From contig NC_068996.1 in assembly GCF_001194135.2 (NCBI RefSeq), forward strand, positions 50,746,395-50,810,394: a stretch of DNA of 64,000 bases, written 5' to 3'. The translations under genes and the position numbers were made by a program. Below the pieces are notes generated by a model. The model was not told the origin of the DNA and made no database searches. It saw nothing but the letters and a program-made list of their open reading frames with translations. The DNA comes from Octopus bimaculoides (lineage: Eukaryota). Shown here in pieces: positions 53,541-64,000 of this stretch (its first letter is position 1; every line of letters begins with the position of its first letter).

Positions 53541-53790
53541 AAATGGTTAGCGGCATTTTGTCTGTCTTTATGTTCTGAGTTCAAGTTTCATCAAAGTTAA
53601 CTTTATCTTTCATCCTTTTGAGGTTGATAATATAAGATACCAGTTGAATAGTGGGGGCTGATGTAATCAACTTCCCACCCTGCTTTCCTGAAATTGGTGG
53701 CTTTGTACCAAAATTTGAACTCATTCTTTCATTATGATATGAAGGCAGTAAGCTGGGTGAATCATTGGCATCGCAAACAAAATGTATATA

Positions 53791-53952
53791 GGCGCAGGAG
53801 TGGCTGTGTGGTAAGAAACTTACTTCCCAACCACTTGGGTCCGGGTTCAATCCCACTGCATGGCACCTTGGGCAAGTGTTTTCTACTATAACCTCAGGCC
53901 AACCAAAGCCTTGTGAGTGGATTTGGTAGACGGAAAACTGAAAGAAGCCCGT

Positions 53953-54013
<61 letters not shown>

Positions 54014-54235
54014 ATATGTATATATTTGTGTGTGTTTGTCCCCTCCCCACCATCGCTTGATGACCAATGTTTGCCTGTTTATGTCTCCCGTAACTTAGCA
54101 GTTCAGCAAAAGAGACTTGTAGAGTAAGTACTAGGCTTATAAGGAATAAGTTCTAGGGTCGATTTGTTCGACTAAAGGCAGTGCTCCAGCATGGCCATGA
54201 TCAAATGACTGAAACAAGTAAAAGAATAAAAGAAT
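53791..54235 (+). mobile_element. Full-length tRNA-derived SINE family A with internal (TA)n/(GT)n
   Basis: A box TGGCTGTGTGG, B box GGTTCAATCCC, body, microsatellite, AAAAGAAT-type tail. Confidence 0.9.
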
Positions 54236-55107
54236 GTGTGTGTGTGTATGTGTATGTGGGTCTCCATTTGAATTAAATTTCTTCCTTTCATCTGCTTAAA
54301 ATATATCTTAGCATCCAACCAGCTCCTTCCTACTACATTGGTTAATCTCTCACAACAATTTCACTCCACCAAACATTGTTACATTAGATTCTTTTCTGTT
54401 TCTATCTTGATAAAAACAAACCAAGAAAATAAAAAGCCAAATAAAAAAACAAACAAAACGAAACAAAAGCACTTGCAAGAAATTCTATACTTCCATTCCA
54501 GTAGTAGTCTAGCTTCTTAATCAAAAGACCACTTGGTGGATTGCTAGTCAGTACTCTTTCCACCCAGTTCCTGGTCTATAACTTTACCCTTTTATCCCTT
54601 GTCCTACTTATTTATTCATTTATTTTCTTGTTTGCTAGGGTTTTTTATATCCCCCCACCCCTCCGCTCACTCCTATTCTCCACAAATATTTTAGTTGATA
54701 GAATTAACTGTTGCAATGACTAAGAATCATTTGGACAGTGATTGTCAGTTAGGTGGTGGAAAAGAAGAATCTTTATCTCTGTGGGATAAAGATTTATACA
54801 TAAAGTATATCATACCTGAAAAGGAAGCATTAATTTTCTGCAATGTAAAAAAGCTTAATAATAAAGTTTTTCCATTCTTTTTTTCTACTTTTTTTCCTTG
54901 TTTATTTTCTTCTGTGCCTCCAGGCCAGTTATGCACTTTTTGTTGTTGCTTAGTAGTAAGTGGGGTAATTGACAAACTAACTGGCAAAGTGATAGGGGTA
55001 AATTACAGGGTAAGGGTTGGGGATCATTGCTCTTATGGTTCAGTTTAGAAATGAAAAAATAAAAGAAAAAAAGGGCCATAAGCCAAATAATGTGTGTGTG
55101 TGTGTTT

Positions 55108-55143
<36 letters not shown>

Positions 55144-55272
55144 ATGCATATACAGTGAAGCTTGTTGCAGTCTTCTACCTACCCAGCCTGTATCAAACCT
55201 TCCAACTCATGCCAGACAGACATTTCCCATGATGATGATACATATATATATATATATGTGTGATGTATATGG

Positions 55273-55362
<90 letters not shown>

Positions 55363-55451
55363 TTGGATGGATGGATGGATGTGTGTGTGTGTGTGTGTGT
55401 GTGGAAAGCATGGCCGCAGTCAAATGACTGAAACAGATAAAAAAAATAATC

Positions 55452-55482
<31 letters not shown>

Positions 55483-56799
55483 GGATCTTTGAATATAAAT
55501 ATGGATCTGCATGTAAAATTAAGATCATATATGTGATAATAAATATAAATAAATATTGGTCAGTGAACTTTTAGATGCAGACATGACTGTGTGGCCAAGA
55601 AGTTTACTTCCCGACCGTATGATTCCAGGTTCAGTCCCACTGTGTGGCACCTGTATGTCAAGTGTCTTTTATTATGTCCCTGTGTTAACCAAAAAGCCTT
55701 GTAAATAGATTTGGTAGGCAGTAACTGAATGAAGCTTGTCATGCTTGACAACCAGTGTTGGTTTGTTTATGTCTCTGTAATCTTGTAGTTCAGCAGAAGA
55801 GACCGATAGAATAAGTACCAGGTTCAAAAAATAAAATAAAGCAAATAGCTGGGTCAATTCATTCCACTAAAATTCTTCAAGGCAGTGCCCCCTCCCCCTG
55901 CATGGCCACAGTCTGCTGACTGAAACAAGTAATAAAAGTAAAGTGGGGGAGGGGAGAAAGGGGGATTAGTCCCAATGATAATAGACTAAAATTAAGATAT
56001 ATGTAATTTTACTGTTATTGCAATAAAAGTAGTCCTAATTCATTAGTGCCTGAAAGGTAAAATATTGAATAGAAGTGGGGGCCTTCAATAGCTTCCTTTT
56101 GATACTGGTGACAAATTGTTTGTTTTTTAGTAGCTGTTTAGCCCTGGGTCATCTCTTATCAAGTAAACTTAGGATTGATGGTATCTTAACGGTGACCACC
56201 CTGTCTTGTTTTTTTTCTCTTTTTTTTTTATCGAGCATTTTATTATTTAAGACTGTATAAATCAATGTGTCCCTTCTGTTTTTAAGAAAGAAGAGTGTGG
56301 CAAGAGATATTTGGCTGTTATTTCTAGTAGGTCGCTTAACTGCAAGGAGTCACCCTTGTTGGCTCATTAGCTGCTAGTTGTATTTTGAGGCAGTGATGGG
56401 TGCTCTAAGTTGATGGTTGTAGTAAGTAAGAAAGCATAAATAAACAAGAGCCAACTTTTGTATGTTTTTACAGCATTGATTGCAAAAAAAAACCCTGTAG
56501 AAGTAGGAGTTTACTACTGCACTATCTTTCTATCTTTCTCTACACTTTGTTGGTGGTAGATTTTTGTTGGTAGATAGATGCTCAGTGACATTCCTAAATC
56601 TCTAAACTTCTCGTTTCCCTTCCTCCCACTTCTCCTCGCCTGGTCTGAGCTTATTGCTGCTTACCAATGCTAGTTTGTTGTTTGTTCTTATAGTCTAGTT
56701 TTATACCTCCATCATTCCTACCCCCATAGTTAGTTCTTATCCTCTCTTCCACATCAGCTTTCGTTTTTTTTCTCTCTCTTCTTCCCTTTCTCTTCCTCT

Positions 56800-57008
56800 T
56801 CAAATGTAGTGTGTGCTTTCATGATGGTGTGGTGCCGCTTTATCAATCTTTCGCGGTGGTACTTCTGTTTTTGCCTGTTCTCTTGATTTCCACTGTCTCT
56901 CTTTCACCAACTGTATGACCTCTAGAGGTAGGTGCTTGCATAAAAGAACTTGTGATAATTGTCTTGCTTTCAAAGAACTAACAAGATGGTCTTGTATTTC
57001 TCCCAGTT
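56800..57008 (-). CDS. Probable terminal coding exon of an unidentified gene
   Basis: tatatacAG| phase 1, stop-free non-repetitive ELGEIQDHLVSSLKARQLSQVLLCKHLPLEVIQLVKERQWKSREQAKTEVPPRKIDKAAPHHHESTHYI*; minus-strand AATAAA near 56240. Confidence 0.6.
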
Positions 57009-57041
57009 CTGTATATATAACATGATAGAACATATATAACA

Positions 57042-57091
<50 letters not shown>

Positions 57092-57797
57092 CTGACAGTT
57101 TAGCATATGTTGTCTGTGTAAATTTTCTTCAATTTCTACAACTTTTTCGTTTGTTAGTGTCCTTTTTACTGTTACTTTTTTCCACCCTAAAGATTCGCCA
57201 AAAACTTTAAAAAAAAGAAGAAAACAAAAATAGATATTGCATAACGGTCTTTCGGTAACATTGTGTCAAGTTTCACCAAAGTTGTTTTAGATTTATAAGA
57301 TGTTTATCTATTTCCCTTATACTCCAAAACATAGTGTAAATTTGTCTGAAGTAAACCCCATCTTATAAAAAGTGCTAGCTTCATGTTTATACTTGAATAT
57401 ACTTGATAAAACAAGAACACCAGAAAAAGAAACAAACAATACTATTGTTAAACAAAAAAAAACACTTGTTTTTTTTTTTTATATTTAAAAAAAAATGCTT
57501 ATAACCATCTTTCTAAAGTGCTTTACTTTTACATATCGAAAAGAACAGAAAAAAGTTTTCATGTGTTACATGTTTAAGCATGTATTTTTAGTGTGTATGA
57601 ATGTGTTTATACATGTGAGAAAAATCACACTACTATCTACATTTTCATATGAAACTGTTTTATAAGTGAGATTATATACATTTTTTTGCACATATTGATG
57701 TAACAATATAAATAGCTGTGTGTGTGTATTGTTTCAGTCATTTGACTGTCCCAGCATGGCCACAATCAAATGACTGAAACAAGTAAAATATATATCA

Positions 57798-57837
<40 letters not shown>

Positions 57838-58217
57838 TACAATTATACATGATAAGTACATACAATTATCTGTGCAGTATTGTAGTTAAATATTTATGCT
57901 AATGAATTGTGTTTGTATGTTCACACATACACAGATTTACACATTTATACACACACACACACGTATGACTATGTATGTATCATTTACTCACACAAATATC
58001 TGTATGTTTGTCTATATAAACATGTGAGTCTATGTATGCATGTATGTATGGTGCTAATGGGTATATGTATGTGTCTACACTAGTTTATAAAATAAACTTG
58101 TGTGTGTGAGACAGACAGACAGACAGACAGACAGATATTTATCATTCATCATCAGCACTATTTCATCTGTTTTATTTTTAAAAGCTGGTATGAGATGGAC
58201 AAGTTTCGGTATCTCAC

Positions 58218-58240
58218 CGCTTCTCACAATCCTTCTCCTT
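58218..58240 (-). CDS. 23-nt coding micro-exon of the same gene
   Basis: ttttctctgttacAG|AAGGAGAAGGATTGTGAGAAGCG|GTGAGA; phase 2 to 1, exactly bridging the flanking exons (RRRRIVRS). Confidence 0.6.
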
Positions 58241-58988
58241 CTGTAACAGAGAAAACCACTAATCTTTGTTGTGTACCCAACATGTTATTTTCACAGACTT
58301 TTTATGGTTGGATACCCTTGTAATTGTTAACCACCTTACAGCATGACTACATAAACACACCACATACACATACAACCAACAATATAAATACTTTTATATA
58401 TATATATATATATATATATTTTACATTTTGGGACGGTCATTTTTTTTTTGCCAAATAAACACACACACTATGTATTTGTTCTTCACTCGTTTATTACTGT
58501 TCATATTCTAACTTATGTTCATTGTCTGGAATTCTTTCATCACACATCTGTGATCTCTTCAGCGACACTTTCCATCTTCATGTGTGCTCTTGGTCCACTT
58601 ATAAATGAGTGAAAGATAAATGAGTGAAAGAACAAATATATAGCGTGTGTGTTTATTTGGCAAAAAAAAAAAAAAAAAAAAAAAAATGACCATCTCGAAA
58701 TACAACAATATCTGTTACAACACACAATTTCACATGGGGAATCTTGCAACACAAATTGATAAATGTGTCTGTGTGTGTGTGTATATATATGTGTGTATGT
58801 GTGTCTGTATCTGTGTTTGTCCCCCCACAATTGCTTGACAACCAATGATGGTGTTTTATGTCCCCGTAACTTAGTGGTTTGGCAAAAGTGATCAATAGAA
58901 TAAGTACAATGAATAAGTCCTGGGGTCAGTTTGTTTGACTAAAGGCAGTGCTCCAGCATGATCACAGTCAAATGACTAAAAAGATAAA

Positions 58989-59156
58989 GGAGGAGTGACT
59001 GTGTTGTAAGTAGCTTGTTTACCAACCACATGGTTCCGGGTTCATTCCCACTGCGTGGCACCTTGGGCAAGTGTCTTCCACTATAGCCTTGGGCCGACCA
59101 AAGCCTTGTGAGTGGATTTGGTAGGCGGAAACTGAAAGAAACCCGTCGTATATATG

Positions 59157-59207
<51 letters not shown>

Positions 59208-59434
59208 GTATGTGTGTGTGTATGTTTGTGTGTCTGTGTTTGTCCTCCCAACATCGCTTGACAACCAATGGTGGTGTGTTTACATCTCCGTAACTTAGCG
59301 GTTCAGCAAAAGAGACCGATAGAATAAGTACTAGGCTTCCAAAGAATAAGTCCTGGGGTCGATTTGCTTGACTAAAGGCGGTGCCCCAGCATGGCCACAG
59401 TCAAATGACTGAAACAAGTAAAAGACTAAAAGAG
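58989..59434 (+). mobile_element. Full-length SINE family A (preceded by a 3' half copy at 58790-58988)
   Basis: Near-complete match to 53791-54235. Confidence 0.9.
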
Positions 59435-59830
59435 TATATATATATATATATAACGGAGTCACTGTTTTTAATGTATATATAATATCTACAAAATAAGATG
59501 TGTGTGTGTGTGCATATATATAACCAATATGTATTTATATCTATGTGTTGTGTGTCTATGATATATTGGTTTCAAATTTTAGCACAAGGATAGCAATTTT
59601 TGGGGAAGTGTAAGTTGAATACATTGACCCCATTGCATAACTGGTAATGATTTCATTGAACCTGAAAGGATGAAAGGCAAAGTCAACTTTGGAATTTGAA
59701 CTTAGCATGTAAGGATGGATGAAATGAGTGTAATCATTTTGCCTGACATGACTATTCTGTCAGCTTGCTGCATTTTGTCTATGATATATTAATAAATGAA
59801 TGACAGCAGGAGTTATGTTATTTTCATTAC

Positions 59831-59921
59831 CTTACATCTGTTTCTGAAAACTGTGTGTTCAAGAGCTGAAAGCCAGTGTGACATCTCATAGCCTTCTCAG
59901 AGCTATCGAAACAGATGTAGA
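59831..59921 (-). CDS. 91-nt coding exon of the same gene
   Basis: gactttcattAG|..AAG|GTAATG; phase 1 to 2 reads YICFDSSEKAMRCHTGFQLLNTQFSETDV. Confidence 0.55.
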
Positions 59922-60121
59922 CTAATGAAAGTCATCATGTACTCCTGTTCTTTTGTCATTAGTTTATCAATATTATTCTCTGTATTCACCTATTGTGTCA
60001 GTCTGGAGTGGAGAAATTTTAACAATTTACATCTCTTTACTAGTAGACCTTACTAATGTGTAAAATTCATATATTGAATTCTTGCAACTGATTATTTGTA
60101 TCACTATGGCTAAATAGAATC

Positions 60122-60149
<28 letters not shown>

Positions 60150-60159
<10 letters not shown>

Positions 60160-60320
60160 GGGCTTCTTTCAGTTTCCATCTTCTAAATCCACTTGCAAAA
60201 CTTTAGTTGGCCCAGGGCTTTAGTAGAAGACACTTGCCCAAGATGCCATGTAGTGGTTTTGAACTGGAAATGAAACCTTGTGGCTGGGAACCAAACTTCA
60301 TAACTGCACAGTCATGCTTG
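60150..60320 (-). mobile_element. SINE family A 5' half
   Basis: GGGCTTCTTTCAGTTTCCATC..GAAGACACTTGCCCAAG.. is the reverse complement of the family A head. Confidence 0.75.
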
Positions 60321-61234
60321 TGCCTACAATGTATATCAGCAAACGATGTAAACATTGATGAGTAAAGTGAAATGGGTTTCACAATGTCCCTTGATACCAT
60401 TATCAGTCTCACTAGAAACAGAACGGACCTGTGATTGGGATAAAATTGTGCACAAGCACACACGCTCTCTGTTTATCTGTCTCAAATACATATTTGAATA
60501 AAATTTGGGTAAGAACCTTGTATGCTATTTGAAGCTCATCCACAGCTTTTGGCTACCAGATGTCATCATACGGTAGGAATACTCTTATTTGGATATACAT
60601 CAGGAATTCCAAAGTATCCATAGAGTTTACATAAAGAGATGAAAAAGAGAAAATGGTTTGAATGACATTCTTCATTTCAAATCCCTACAATCATTTCTAC
60701 AAATTGTTACACCTGTAGTAGATTAGTGAGAAGACATAATTAACATATTGCAGATCACTACCACCCATCAAAGGTGTAAAATGTGTTTCTTCAGGTGATT
60801 ATTTTGAATAAGTCCTTTGATGTCATGATATATGGAAAGAATTGTAGTAATTTAAAATAATATTGTTCAATCCATTTTCCCTTGTTCATCTCTTCATATA
60901 AACTCTATGGATACTTTGGGATTCCTGGCAACTGACACCAATAAAAGAATCCAAATAACTAGACTATTTCTGCTCCCTTTAGCATCCATTTTTCATTTGT
61001 TACAGCCATACTTTGTAGTTTTGTAGCACTGTTTGTCTAAACAAGATGTTGTTTTGAGATGGATTCCACAATTTTATGGTTTTCTACAATGTACATATAT
61101 GCATTCATGGGTATGCATGGGCGACTTCTGGTCTTCTGTAAACAACTTTGCCTGAACTTGTGCCTTGGAGGATAACTTTCTAGGTGCAATCTCATTTATG
61201 CAGGCACATGTATGTATGAATATACATATGTATA

Positions 61235-61273
<39 letters not shown>

Positions 61274-61309
61274 AATGAATGTCTTATAAAACTATTCCAC
61301 ACACACACG

Positions 61310-61570
61310 TGAAGGCGCATGGCTTAGTGGTTAAGGTGTTTCACTCACGATTGCGAGATCATGGGTTCGATTCCCATACCGGACGTTGTGTTTTTGAGCA
61401 AAGCACTTCATTTCACGTTGCTCTGCGATCATTTCGACATCTGACATGTGACATCTGTTGCACCTGTACAGGTAATGTCAATCTGATGGAAGCAAATCAT
61501 CTGAGTAGTTGTTCAGTAAGAAATTGTTGAACCTCATATGTTGTCTAATGACAGGGGAGTCCATCATCAT
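61310..61570 (+). mobile_element. tRNA-derived SINE family D with intact Pol III boxes
   Basis: A box TGGCTTAGTGG, B box GGTTCGATTCC. Confidence 0.8.
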
Positions 61571-61579
61571 ACATACATG

Positions 61580-61622
<43 letters not shown>

Positions 61623-61641
61623 ATACATGCATGCATACATA

Positions 61642-61865
61642 CTTGAGAGGGTACTGAAAAGTTCCTGATTTTTAGGGTATCACAAAAGGCCTGGTTGGAG
61701 ACCCAACCTTCTAAGTTCTTTTACTGGGCTTAGAAAAACTGAAGGACTGCTGCAATAAGTGTATGAATCTGAGAGGAGGAATATGTTGAATAAAATCATA
61801 ATTAACTGATCCTCCTGTATTTTCTTTTACCCAAAGCCAGGAACTTTTCAGGACTTCTTTGTGTA
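61642..61865 (+). mobile_element. Mariner-derived MITE retaining the transposase C-terminus
   Basis: TIRs GAGGGTACTGAAAAGTTCCTG / CAGGAACTTTTCAGGACTTC; internal GLRK(L)KDCCNKCMNLRG.YVE* matches mariner GI.KL..RW.KC...G.YVE*. Confidence 0.8.
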
Positions 61866-61956
61866 TTTACGCCACTAGGTCTGTATAACTTTTTGTGAAA
61901 GACATATCTAATTCATTGTTTTCTGCCTAAATAACATTCATCACTCCCTCCCTCAC

Positions 61957-61983
61957 CTCCCACAACTTTTATTGTAGCCAAGA
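61957..61983 (-). CDS. Candidate 27-nt upstream micro-exon of the minus-strand gene
   Basis: ctcacagctttcAG|..GAG|GTGAGG; phase 1 to 1 reads LATIKVVG, in frame with 59921. Confidence 0.35.
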
Positions 61984-62489
61984 CTGAAAGCTGTGAGTTT
62001 TGAAGAAAGAGTTAAATGAAAGTTGCTTAGAATTCTAAGAATTCTACTGGTATTATTATTGGTATTACTTTTGTTGACCCCCACCCAGATATGAAATGAA
62101 TTTGACTTTTGGGAGATCTAATAACAGCTATATTTAATTTGGAGTTGTAATGACCCAGTTGTTATCATTTCCTTTTGATTTAATATTAAGCACTTCTTTT
62201 AAGATTCGTTACTGAAATTGAATAAGGCAATCTAAAAATAATATGGCTATCAAAGATTTTGTTCTTTTACAAAACCACCTACTCAATTTCTTTTTTCTGG
62301 TAAGGTTGTGTGAAAGGTGAATATTTTTTAATTTGTTTCCTGCCGTCTAAAAATTTTCATTTGTATGTCTTTTTAATTCTGTTTTACATGACTTGAATTA
62401 GTTTTAAAATGAATATATAAATGAAACTGAATTAATTATAACAGTTGAATATATACATATGTATGTATCTATATAATATAAAGTGAGAT

Positions 62490-63020
62490 CACAGCCGTGA
62501 CCGATGCCAGTGTTGCGTAACCAGCTCATTTAAAAGTACCCTTGAATCGTCAGGCAATATGTGCTTGAGAAGACCTGTTGAATCAAGTGAAATCAAAATC
62601 GTAATCATGGCTAGTGCTGCCTGACTGGCACCCATGCTGGTAGCATGTAATAAGCACCATTTGAGCATGGGTCAATGCCAGTGCCGCCTGACTGGCTCCT
62701 CATGCTAGTGGCACGTAAAAGGCGCCATGCGAATGTGGTTGATACCAGTGCCCCCTGACTGGCTCCCATCCTAGTGACATGTGAAAAGTACCATTCGAGC
62801 GTGGTTGATGCCAGTACCACCTGACTGGCCCCCATGCCAGTGGCACATAAAACGCACCAACTACACTCTCAGAGTGGTTGGCATTAGGAAAGGCACACAG
62901 CTGTAGAAACTCTGCCAAATCAGATTGGAGTCTGGTGCAGCCTTCTGGCTTGCCAATCTTGTGAAACCATCCAACCCATGCCAGCATGGAAAACGGACGT
63001 TAAACGATGATGATGATGAC
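62490..63020 (+). mobile_element. SINE family C with internal ~67-bp tandem repeats and a (GAT)n tail
   Basis: Four units containing GCC.CCTGACTGGC.CCCATGC.AGTGGCAC.TAAAA.CACCA. Confidence 0.85.
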
Positions 63021-63284
63021 TTAATGTTATCTGTACAGAATAGAAACATGAGAGCCAGTACTGAAAGCTACGGTGTTTCATTTAAGCATATATATGTATG
63101 TAAATAATGTGATTAAAGTATATTATGGTTGCATAATGAAATACAGTGGCTCCACAAGTCATTGATGTGTATGTACCAGCTGTCAGGAATATGTTTAATA
63201 TGTAAAATTGGTATATCTAATAATGTCACACCATTATATTTAGTGGCTATTTAAGCAATAAATTTGTGGATGGTTAATGGGTTG

Positions 63285-63340
63285 GATGTGGTACTGATGA
63301 AGGAACAAGAACTCCTGAAATATGCATATACACCCATCAC
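63285..63340 (+). ncRNA. Minimal type I hammerhead ribozyme candidate
   Basis: GTGGTA-CTGATGA-AGGA-acaagaac-TCCT-GAAA-T-ATGC-A-TA-TACAC: intact core, 4-bp stem II, minimal stem III, AUA triplet, stem I GTA/TAC extendable with a bulge. Confidence 0.6.
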
Positions 63341-63479
63341 CTAATTTTCTGCCTTCAGTTGCATTGTTTACATTAGATGTTTTCATATATGAAATGTAAC
63401 TTTCAGTACTGGCTCTAATTTCTATAGAAAATCTGTAGAGATAACCTTAAAAAGTGACTGACTTGCACTGCTAACATAG

Positions 63480-63518
63480 ATGGGACATAGTCTTGACTCG
63501 TGAACCTTTAATATGCTT
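63480..63518 (+). CDS. Candidate 39-nt micro-exon
   Basis: ctgCTAACatAG|..CTT|GTAAGT; open only in phase 2: WDIVLTREPLIC. Confidence 0.4.
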
Positions 63519-64000
63519 GTAAGTATACTATCGTTGTATAACAAAATATGATGTCCTACCAGCAGTTAATACACACACCTTCATTTTACATCTATTTTTC
63601 CATATTGGCATGGGTCAGACAGGTTCATCACTGTTTTAATTTGTTCTACAAAGAGTCATTCATCCTCTTTATAGGACCATCCTAGGCATAGCCTTCAGAC
63701 CATGGCTTATTTATCCATTTTTGTCTTAACATGGTTTTTATAGCTGGACAATCTTCATAGCACTAACCACTTTGGTGTGTGTACTGGAGTGCATTTTATA
63801 TCCTATCAGTAGCACTAAAGAGAAATTGTCCTAGATAAGATTATGGGTCTTTTGATCTCTATCATGCCTTTGTTGATCAGCCACTTCACAAAGTGTATTG
63901 GGTGCATTTTTAATACAAACACCAGTGCTTGTGAAGCTGTTTCTGTCAGGATATATAATATTAGATATTTTTAAGCACGAATTCACAGCTCTACAATTTT

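Noticed and set aside
53791-53870. tRNA-like A/B boxes at several SINE heads
   Set aside because: No complete cloverleaf; they continue into SINE bodies, so they are not tRNA genes.
58195-58235. Hammerhead-like GGT-gagat-ACC-GAAAC on the minus strand
   Set aside because: No CUGAUGA; the sequence is better explained as the 23-nt exon and its donor.
59880-59930. GAAACAGATGTAG resembling a hammerhead 3' half
   Set aside because: No upstream core; lies inside the probable coding exon 59831-59921.
62610-62860. CRISPR-like regular repeats
   Set aside because: Units are contiguous tandem repeats without unique spacers, in a eukaryotic SINE, with no cas genes.

Overview
AT-rich, microsatellite-dense eukaryotic genomic DNA with several N gaps. 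The repeat content (tRNA-headed SINEs with internal TA/GT microsatellites, (GAT)n-tailed elements, Penelope-like remnants) looks like an Octopus genome; this is my recognition of the repeats, not a database hit. There is no long ORF: nearly all ORF-track entries are gaps, microsatellites or chance ORFs. Best-supported content: (1) a phase-compatible 3-exon 3' end of an unidentified minus-strand gene (59921-56800); (2) other candidate small exons on both strands whose reading frame is unresolved; (3) a decayed mitochondrial cytochrome b insertion (NUMT, ~49680-49846); (4) Penelope-type minimal hammerhead ribozymes (215-262 minus; a degenerate inverted copy at 435-482; 63285-63340; a remnant at 8135-8180 beside a Penelope RT fossil); (5) fossils of HERO, R4/Dong, RTE, L1/Tx1-like LINEs and a mariner element, hAT MITEs with exact 8-bp TSDs, piggyBac-like MITEs and many SINEs. 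Repeat boundaries are approximate and were read by eye.
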